Positions 56,801 through 61,758 of a stretch of 61,758 nucleotides of DNA are shown here, in pieces (position 1 is the first letter of the stretch; every line of letters begins with the position of its first letter). This DNA comes from a virus. Its lineage: Duplodnaviria; Caudoviricetes. The notes beneath the pieces were generated by a model. It did no database searches, was not told the DNA's origin, and saw only the letters and a program-made list of their open reading frames with translations. The DNA is taken from positions 1 to 61,758 of IMG/VR virus record IMGVR_UViG_3300033145_001155; one strand, 5' to 3'. Made by a program: the position numbers and the translations under genes.

Positions 56801-58965
56801 GGCTTTAGTGCCACCCACGATTGGGACCCGACATCCTCTACTTTATTAGTATACACTAGGCCGTCATATCCAGCCCTCCCCAGCGCATCTACCAGTATAT
56901 CACTAACCAACTTCCACGTTTTAGCATCTGATTTCTCCTTAGCGGCTATGGCCGACACCTCAGCTATTTCATTCTTAGTCAGCACATCGGCCTTACGTAG
57001 CTGTGCCGCTAACGATTCAGGGCTGGTATCTCCAAAATCAGTTACGCGTAGCGGATTCTTTATGTCTATACTGCTGGCAACTATCCTCCTGTCCCTTTCG
57101 GCCACAGCCCTACCACCCATAGCTGTGTCTAATCTGTCTTCCGCAGCTTTTCTGGTGCCAAAATGTGATAGGGGTTGGAAACTATCAAACTTGTCAGCGG
57201 TTCCGTGGTATAATACTTTAGGAGGAGTAGTAGTCGGCTCTTTGTCTAATACAGCCTCTATCCCTACCGGCGACAAATTACTACTATCCGTATACCTGCT
57301 CATCTCGGTTATAGACCTTTCCGCCGCAGCCTTAGTAGGATACGTTTCCCCGGTAATATGACCAAGCTTTACATTAGCGTCAGCATCAAGTATGTCCCAT
57401 CTACCTATTTTCTGCTCTGCGGCAGGCACGAATGGTTTAATTTCAGCCGCCTTGGCCTCCCATAGTTGGTCTACCATTGCCTCCCTTTGCTTTTCACTTG
57501 CCCTACGCCCAAACTGCTCAGCCTGTGCCTTATCCTTTAGGACGGGTACGGCGGCAGGTGCCTCGCGCGGAGGTTTTGGAGTGGGTTCCACCGCAGCCTC
57601 GGCTTCCACACCGGGTTTAGGTGGAACCTCCCCACGGGGGGCAGGAGGTGGACCCCCCTCTTCAACGCCCCGGCCAGGAGCACCTTTACCTTCACCTATG
57701 CCTTCGGTTCCCCATGCTACTGTCTGTACAGCACCGCCGCCTAATATTCCAGCACCTAACGCAGGCCAAAACGCCTGCTTAGCTGCTTCCCACGGGGGTG
57801 GAGCGGGCATACCTATATCACGTCTGAGCCAGGATTGTTCAGCCGCTGTAATCATTTCACCACTAGTCTCTACACCAGATACTAACGCCATACGTCCAAT
57901 AAACCTGGTTAGTGCGGCCATAATACCTTGCTTAACGGGTTTGGTAACTGCCTTACCACCTATTAGCTTCATTATGCGGCCTATGGCAACATCCTGTAGA
58001 AACTCCATACCACCTTCGGCTATACCGCTCATAATTGCATGGCCGCGCACTTCGTCCCAGTTAAGTTTGACGTTACCCGCCTCCGCTATTTCACGGGCCT
58101 CTTCCAGGAATTTGTCGTACTCCGCTAAACCAAATATAGCACCAGCACCTATAGCAAAGCCAAACGTACCAGCAACCTTGCCGCCAATAGGACCGGTAAT
58201 GGATGTTGCTATGCCAGCACTAAGTAATGCGCCAGGCGCGCCAGCAATTGCGGACTGAACCACAGCCTCAATACCGCCGTGTACCATTTCCCACCCAGGC
58301 CCCTCTTTACGTCTGGCATACTCCTTACCCGCCTCGGATATTTCATCTATTTGCTCACCTGTGTTATACCCAGCGACGCGCGCCACGCGGGCATACATTT
58401 CCGCCGCACCATAAAAACCTGCACTAAACGCTGCTTCAACCTCGCCTAATATGGTACGCTCTTCCAGCGAAATGTCCTCCCCAGCCTCAGGTGGGCGCGA
58501 GGGTCCTGGTTCACCACCTGCGAATATCGCCTGTAGAAATTCGTCACTTGGGTCAACCAGGCGCTTACCCGTGATGGTATCGACGCCGTTCCAGAAGCGG
58601 TTAGGGTGGTCCGGGGCCTTAAACGCGGAAGGCCAGTGCCAGCCGTCTTCACCCTTTTCTGGCTCTGCCCCTGCATGCCACGCCGCTCTATAGTCATATT
58701 TGTGGTCCGGGTGGTCCGGGTCTACATTTAGCCCCGTTTGCTTTGCCCAGCCACCATACCAATCCCTGAACCCAAACTCCTCACTTTCCTTCTCTACAAA
58801 GTTATGGCGTATGCGTATCTGCTCGGTAATGGGCAAGGCGGCATACTCCTCGTCACCAGCCACAACGTCGCGCAGAAAATAATTCTCCAGTATTTGTTCC
58901 CGCTCGACAATGGGCAGATCGAGAAACGCACTATCGTTACACCACTGTGCTACGGGTGATGTCAT
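47806..58965 (-). CDS. Giant (3,719 aa) polyvalent internal virion/ejection protein with two ART-PolyVal-like domains
   Basis: YHGT...GYDG...WVALKPEQVK (~57215-56790); WHG...GWGVY...GIDG...NYAVFD (~55885-55145); degenerate HEAFE zincin motif; YSQL...YRELLL...VEEIQSDW domain; helical C-terminus. Confidence 0.85.
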   Translation of the reverse strand: MTSPVAQWCNDSAFLDLPIVEREQILENYFLRDVVAGDEEYAALPITEQIRIRHNFVEKESEEFGFRDWYGGWAKQTGLNVDPDHPDHKYDYRAAWHAGAEPEKGEDGWHWPSAFKAPDHPNRFWNGVDTITGKRLVDPSDEFLQAIFAGGEPGPSRPPEAGEDISLEERTILGEVEAAFSAGFYGAAEMYARVARVAGYNTGEQIDEISEAGKEYARRKEGPGWEMVHGGIEAVVQSAIAGAPGALLSAGIATSITGPIGGKVAGTFGFAIGAGAIFGLAEYDKFLEEAREIAEAGNVKLNWDEVRGHAIMSGIAEGGMEFLQDVAIGRIMKLIGGKAVTKPVKQGIMAALTRFIGRMALVSGVETSGEMITAAEQSWLRRDIGMPAPPPWEAAKQAFWPALGAGILGGGAVQTVAWGTEGIGEGKGAPGRGVEEGGPPPAPRGEVPPKPGVEAEAAVEPTPKPPREAPAAVPVLKDKAQAEQFGRRASEKQREAMVDQLWEAKAAEIKPFVPAAEQKIGRWDILDADANVKLGHITGETYPTKAAAERSITEMSRYTDSSNLSPVGIEAVLDKEPTTTPPKVLYHGTADKFDSFQPLSHFGTRKAAEDRLDTAMGGRAVAERDRRIVASSIDIKNPLRVTDFGDTSPESLAAQLRKADVLTKNEIAEVSAIAAKEKSDAKTWKLVSDILVDALGRAGYDGLVYTNKVEDVGSQSWVALKPEQVKERALGQQDSALLQSALEAAGLKLDMAAKTRDALVTYDPRAKLADIGKVKLKRKLIRAKRPVGPGALAEARRVREEERKVPPIRIKRGEGLFLVVDPFAYTAAKGKARAAMLTKAKQAKFTEEQRVAGGKRAKEYITQVQAGKVPTPLTPKEFEGLVGGTGRRGLEVKRAIQKYALVYKQAMPELLKPEPARQVKGPTRPPTAAKLGVRPPGPRPTFLPKGVRAEGASKRGPLTAAENLARLKAEGIGLPDVLNKAGKPFKTEAWARRAIKAAGKMGTHRPARAAEGWVGTAIQKPGRQFALWHGQTKAGAPFTHFTDEMIGTGQGLGAGWGVYISEEEGVGKFYAEYGGTPKVVAPGERNAVADKLLNAITKRKKERDYYNIAWWSSDRLASFRKDGKTDQLMLFELDIPSSEIGIKPVRNVYKVRLRKDPKDMTWLEWDKPVPNSLLDRIKGQAKKENLLLKLKISNLVPNPEAKHVGVDVYNSLSASMGDKFTGPEREHMASKFLSRIGIDGMKVPVGVFGSKNAVSGKFNYAVFDPTQVQIVSHKQFALAAGGISSDTLLTPDITMGDLLDAVQVGEDVTPTLRTVFTEQGRDTYRDWLHPAKVGARIMRRLRLDGTPLLSARTQTRDLLTQYTASFFQAEAEQTYVQPTEQGQRWAAQLADLWGTTDNIEEAGLIMLDGTMIDFYSSRHRPSKVHVDIPIALNMDVQEGAYEGVYKFLSETGAARISVAPNQVLIDVIGVPTPEQQAILAPELEKRNNLILDVSVPHGDAIAAYRLPDVNTPDVDIQEVVRMVAAAFSKHKQMGLGPREGGLPFTTAQTQAEFNGALLVEMRDVLAETLPPELMADVEVEITDWINMTEHDKLAAMASYDLPREAIEEAVPLGATTINRWRALVELAAIQDRATMRRTARHEAFELALPWLISQERITRLMKHYKNKEAAAWAYADYVAGAQTARLQPNWVRKLFGQIRATLQRVANWLRSKGYNRPEDLFADLYAGKFAPRKDLGAAALAQPSLQLATESKPVPWAYSQLLHVVEEATDMPRKPQSLVKWLGKHVKPAELKWLGVEQWVKENTGKDGKINKEEFVEWIRANQVELKEIQYGPPPSMSTSAQLTPLPAPAFDMPQLREQVSEALELRLIGTISRNDAEQWVVYDERSDNTLEYDNREDAVLATESMANVDELEMDELTDLAVDLGVIAPQVGAPQTYTEDDVEAGQPIAPVPAQLGIHTTRVGQTQYEVRYNGGWRLYETVGDAEPTGGTTVYGSADEARGAAEDRAGIDAVMELPWDRTIPVQQAPAQALPAPVQYTVDDVEALEESHAERIRRAGEEVNVDHATGRYYEDGIETVAKLRAIDERPEMYVATGTHMEDVRNSDLWQVMAKVDRDEMAEGGGYYVMDGLSNEMATMDDLTEAEAEQSANDIRDENIALLWSDDTLYADVLGRMGLDPVLSPEPVLSPEQRVRGQRVLAQPVILEWRQETPALPMWGAISDNFMWDIEQIDSAFVLSSTIEEGAARVERERYNTLAEAQQAAQAMEAGMLPTVPFVPPTRHGRLVLPMGEKYRELLLVYPRKEGGKLYFSAHWGSTEDVLVHMRFNERVSADGKRMLFVEEIQSDWLQDAKRVGFRDAAIEEKAKAHRKELNEYVTTLLGKYDLTQKADLWNVVTIEENRKLNTLGNLAEEGSGQLFPGVPLAPFGPTKERVKRDKEGKPVIIRDVGIWPEVAFKRMLRWAAEYGFESLGWTKGVTQVGRYKMALRQVVHHIKWSKVAVTDSGLSADEFLLKMVEKYKPDEVGVARKRLKGDSPEDFVMSFDAWVDTIKSEMTAEEVSEYGRLTEPETAIKGAAVRILAYSRAEDVAPAVPVLDAVIPLKGETMVQGYTTTLVGVVGEDIARSIAESSQQQGVVSGEDLTVGGQGMKFFYDKLLPSFAGKYVKQWGGGIEEVQIPTFVGEYAVVDRWGREVERTSTLESAEDTVRQAREGTLWVYEEGAQDIPQGEYKVVVKKETFYEKVWSVPITPTMRDAILFDGQTQFALDLARGMSAHTQTPDAQQYRAAWSRYARNPHAMPSTKESNALFTWAQERFGRGFARTDMRWYHRAFGMPHWLSKRFASMREAEATEVWAQEARAKELFDLYDGPLGLADTQQAVSSNKRLNKEVAALIWKWDRVAFPKEAVPTGWSVRLADGTTGPSEQHYKETEAFLLKEGATQPAVDAFLTLRRTYDNTLLDIRAMMKSNKVNKEEIDKYMELIGRTPNYFPHRRTGDAYVQLINKEGDVVYRTHYNSKVDMLRPVKGKAKQTAQRWLADQITSGDLPGAFADYDLQQDEVKELPIEVFFQIPREAMQQIAAAAGAKVTVEDAKAYAAEKGIPLAKAQTMLANRMERALTHAFTEVLRSPGWARHAIASKNIPGHETDDIWGITYDYLSGYVGFKTKIERAKRHSATLHKINAAKNPQEYRHLDKYTTDMLANQTKTDRVVDTLRGLFFAKYLGFVIKTGVLNLTQNVIVAAPVLSVYTKFSHVKLTKAMHDVRQGLTAEKAWAGKEVIYEHLPAIDQRAIKDMHEAGSTADLFLRELTGNMPGIGWTKYLKKFVTKSGIFMRIAEKFNRTSTGLCAFRVAYNEGVIAPDGNNTRGDYGASLKFAKDIIYDTHFLYGMANMPTAFRGGDLQKYMRAGYTFRSFTHNYLHCMWSLLIHQGWEGKMAFGRAMRNLILMGGLRSTPFFGSLSLLLSYIIEDDDEDLLTRIRAAMPNDWLKDVVVYGLFGGTGIDMTGSMSIEVPRNWKEVIGVPYSVYEDTINMRDSFRSGATARALSETPITPIAVRNAMRGLELYTTGQRSRSGMDINYYGEPGPNRINFFEAIRKGVFGFQPTSVSSLYKAYKATRKTQEALGAKKRAWADRYVNAKRRGDIQGMVDVNREMAEWHMRAKPHQMIDIDKAVEYREREPGAGTPKVLREHAARTAETWKGERGREGEQRRGLTLRGAYGRMRGRGKR

Positions 58966-60086
58966 TTGTAGTCCCTCCAGTCAACTTTGGTAGGCTCTGG
59001 TGAAGGTATAGCCGGTGCTGGTTCTTGTGCAGACGCCGGGGCTGCACCAAACTCTTCCTGGTACGCATCCATAGCGTCTTGGTATGCGGCACGCGCATCG
59101 TTGAACGCCACGTTGATGATGTACTCCTCCAGTTGCCCCTGGTCCTTAATTTTCCGCATCTCTACTGCATGCGGGTCCTCACTTAACCTAAAGGCGCTAA
59201 TAAGTTTAGCGATGGTGCCTGGGTCCCGGTTCTTGATCTTTACTAACGTATCCCACAGCCCACCTAATTCCTTCTGTGTATGTTTTTTGCGTTCGGTCTT
59301 GCCCATACTGGCCAACTTCTTATCTTCCTTCGCTTTCGTCGCTGCCACCTTCTTCGCCTCCTTGACGTCCGCCGCGTCTTCCTTTGCTCCTGCTTCGGCC
59401 TCGCCTTCCTGTTTCTTCTTAATGTCCTTGTAGTACGCTTCCTGCTCCTTTTGTATACGGGCTAAGTTGCCCTTGTATTGCGCTACCAGATCGTCAAACT
59501 TCTTCATATGCCGGGCCTCTTTACCCTTTAGGTACTTCTGCTTACTTTCGGCCTCACGGAACACGTCACTATGGAAGCGCGCCACAACCATGTCCCAGTG
59601 CTTCTGCATATCAGGGGTAAGCTTGTCGCCAAATACGGCATGACCACTAAAGATATAGTTAAATAGCTGCGGTAGCTGGTCGTCCGAATCCTTAACCGCT
59701 TGCCACGGGTCTATGTCTAATGGGTCACCACCTATTATCTTATGCACATGGGTAAGGTAATCGTCACGCCTACTATAGTCTGGGGAAACCCAGGCAGCTA
59801 TATCGGGCGGTGCGGATAGTGCGCCGGGCGGTGCTTCGGGTGCGGTTGATTTACCTGCGGGTAACGCTGTGGGTGACGCCGGTGCGCCCTGACCTGGCAC
59901 GTTCCACTCTGCTGGCGGCGGTTCCACATCTACCCCTGCCCCGCGTGCCGACTCCAGCACACGACCCAACGCCGCCGCATCTTCCTCCGTCACCGGTCTA
60001 CTACTACCCCAGCCAGGTTCCCGTTCCGGGTAGTCTTCCGCGTCATACCCCGGTCGGCCTGGTATATTGCTGTAAACGTTTGCCAT
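58962..60086 (-). CDS. Putative internal virion/ejection protein
   Basis: 374 aa, helical, ATGA overlap with the giant gene. Confidence 0.65.
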   Translation of the reverse strand: MANVYSNIPGRPGYDAEDYPEREPGWGSSRPVTEEDAAALGRVLESARGAGVDVEPPPAEWNVPGQGAPASPTALPAGKSTAPEAPPGALSAPPDIAAWVSPDYSRRDDYLTHVHKIIGGDPLDIDPWQAVKDSDDQLPQLFNYIFSGHAVFGDKLTPDMQKHWDMVVARFHSDVFREAESKQKYLKGKEARHMKKFDDLVAQYKGNLARIQKEQEAYYKDIKKKQEGEAEAGAKEDAADVKEAKKVAATKAKEDKKLASMGKTERKKHTQKELGGLWDTLVKIKNRDPGTIAKLISAFRLSEDPHAVEMRKIKDQGQLEEYIINVAFNDARAAYQDAMDAYQEEFGAAPASAQEPAPAIPSPEPTKVDWRDYK

Positions 60087-60244
60087 TGTTCGTCTCCCGT
60101 ACCTGTTGCTTGTTTACTCATTACCACTTTACCCAAACATCGGTCGTTCGCGTTTCGGGTTGGTAAATATAGCCATACTCTCACCAGCGTAGGCCATACC
60201 ACCAGATAGACGTCGCGGGATGATAGGCTCAGCACTACCTACAC

Positions 60245-61039
60245 TTATATACCTAGACTTACACTACCCCCACCATCCCCACCACCTTCGCCACCACCTC
60301 TATCCGCGTACTGATATGTCTGCGTTGTAGTGCGTTGCGCTGTACCCAACCAGGCGTTCATAATTGTCTGAAACTCCATGTTTTCCCTATTAACCTCAGC
60401 ACGCCAATTTGCCTCTCTCACCCTACTCTCTTCATGCCGTTCCCGCATATATTCGTCACGTGCCGCTGCACCACCTCGCCCAAGTATGGCCCCTGCGCCA
60501 ATACCATACGCGGCCAACGCTTCACCTATACCACGCTGCGTGACGTTGGGGTTCTCACTCGATACAGTAAGGGCGGCCAACTGGTACTGTCTGCGTAGGC
60601 CCGCCATCTGAGGCCCAACAATTTTCTGCGTTAGTGCGCGCACTCTACGTTTGTCATATGGCATTACTTCCAACGTAGGTACGTCGCCTAACTCAGGCCG
60701 TGGACCGCTTGGCGTAGTGGTAGAAACGGATGTAGAACCCGTAGGCGGCCTATACTGCGTAGGGGTTGTGCCTGTCATACCCCTACCACCTTTGGCTGCC
60801 TCTTTCCCCTGCCAACGCATACCCGCGTACCTATTATAACCAGGGGTTGAGGTTGGGGGCGCTTCATACCCACCCGGCTCGTACATCGGGTTCCAGTAGT
60901 CCCTACCCGCATCATCGTACACATCAGCGCCAGAGGTATCACCGTAAAAGCCAGGCAAGAACTGGTCCGGGGGCACTGCAGAAGGTAGAGTAGGCTCTAT
61001 ATCTTGCAACCAGTACGAATCATCTTTTTCGCTAAACAT
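60245..61039 (-). CDS. Putative internal virion/ejection protein
   Basis: 264 aa, Gly/Ala-rich helical segment, AGGAG RBS. Confidence 0.65.
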   Translation of the reverse strand: MFSEKDDSYWLQDIEPTLPSAVPPDQFLPGFYGDTSGADVYDDAGRDYWNPMYEPGGYEAPPTSTPGYNRYAGMRWQGKEAAKGGRGMTGTTPTQYRPPTGSTSVSTTTPSGPRPELGDVPTLEVMPYDKRRVRALTQKIVGPQMAGLRRQYQLAALTVSSENPNVTQRGIGEALAAYGIGAGAILGRGGAAARDEYMRERHEESRVREANWRAEVNRENMEFQTIMNAWLGTAQRTTTQTYQYADRGGGEGGGDGGGSVSLGI

Positions 61040-61053
61040 TTTATGTCTCCTCT

Positions 61054-61476
61054 TTACCTTTTCGTCTTTACCTTTGCCCCTACTACTTCTTGTACTTCCT
61101 TGACATAATCCACGCGCTGCATTTCCGCTACCAAGTCCTCAACACTTTGTGGGTTATAGAAACTAATATCACACTTTGGGCACCACCACTGGCTCTTGTG
61201 TGAACCGCCTACCTGGTTGCCGGGCAACGTGTTAACCGGGTGCAACTTCATAACGCCACCACAGTCCGTACAATGGCGCGCCTGTGCTGCCCAATATGTA
61301 CGCTGCTGATCTACCTGTCGCTGCTGTAAGTTCAGCCCATCCATATAGACCAGGAACTCTTGCATACCGGCACCGATCTCACGATCATTCTGCCTAAAGT
61401 TAATTATCAGGTTGCGTAACTCCTGCCGTACCTTGCCTGTCTTTCCCGCTGTAAGTTGTTCCATTGTTTTAAGCAT
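61054..61476 (-). CDS. Zn-ribbon protein (CTDC...CPKC)
   Basis: ATG 61476 overlaps the TAA of the upstream read-through frame (TAATG). Confidence 0.7.
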   Translation of the reverse strand: MLKTMEQLTAGKTGKVRQELRNLIINFRQNDREIGAGMQEFLVYMDGLNLQQRQVDQQRTYWAAQARHCTDCGGVMKLHPVNTLPGNQVGGSHKSQWWCPKCDISFYNPQSVEDLVAEMQRVDYVKEVQEVVGAKVKTKR

Positions 61477-61657
61477 TAGCCACACCAGTCCAAGGCTGCC
61501 CAATCATCCCCATCACAATTACAACGCCAATAGGCAACTCGTAAAGTCTCTGCACAGTACCCGTCTTCTACTCTCCAAGGATCATTTTCTCCATCAATAC
61601 AATTAGCATAACAAGGATCATCGGGATAATACGTTGTGACCTGGACTTGTCTTTTTT
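61476..61657 (-). CDS. C-terminal end of the predicted 394-aa selenoprotein starting at 1003
   Basis: Same frame across the circular junction (...YIEG|QKRQVQ...WCG*); Cys/Trp-rich like the N-terminal part. Confidence 0.75.
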
Positions 61658-61758
61658 GTCCTTCAATATAACTGTACTTACTCCATTTCCAAGGAGAGGG
61701 ACTCACGGCACAGGAGGCAACCGATGCTGACAGGGCACATGTTCCGTCTTCCGGCAGA
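61658..61758. repeat. Terminal direct repeat, right copy
   Basis: Identical to 1-101. Confidence 0.97.

Noticed and set aside
59990-60235. 81-aa ORF or frameshift extension between ejection genes
   Set aside because: Overlaps the next gene by about 100 nt, has a weak start context, and no convincing slippery site.
1-61758. Genome-wide TGA reassignment (genetic code 4 or 25)
   Set aside because: Many genes end in TGA with ATGA/GTGA coupling to the next gene, and long genes (11 kb, 2.6 kb) contain no internal TGA. Read-through looks site-specific.
61658-61758. 101-bp repeat as a biological terminal repeat
   Set aside because: It falls inside a coding frame and its length is typical of an assembly overlap. 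It indicates circularity or permutation, not real termini.

Overview
Apparently complete, circularly assembled genome (~61,657 bp unique plus a 101-bp terminal overlap) of a tailed dsDNA phage with podovirus-like architecture. I see no integrase, tape-measure protein or tail tube. Modules: (i) minus-strand virion/packaging module wrapping the contig ends (terS, terL, portal, scaffold, major capsid, adaptor, tail nozzle, ejection proteins including a 3,719-aa polyvalent protein, tail fibre, lysis genes); (ii) plus-strand early region (16.5-22 kb) of small unknown genes behind two sigma54-consensus promoters; (iii) minus-strand replication/nucleotide module (22-39.7 kb) with PurZ, DUF5664-type and MazG-type dNTP hydrolases, a UDG-PolA fusion, ThyX, DinG-like helicase, Cas4-like, ERCC4 and Sak4-like proteins, i.e. 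a probable Z (2-aminoadenine) genome; (iv) a short plus-strand cluster with a J-domain protein. Best novel signal: two genes in the virion module contain three in-frame TGA codons in cysteine-like contexts, each followed at a consistent distance by a GU-loop hairpin fitting the bacterial SECIS model, while TGA is an ordinary stop elsewhere. These are candidate phage-encoded selenoproteins, both missed or split by the ORF track. Also noted: integron attC-like palindromes without an integrase, two candidate structured RNAs, a 19-bp iteron-like array and a sulfotransferase among the capsid genes. All family calls are from motif recognition, not database searches.
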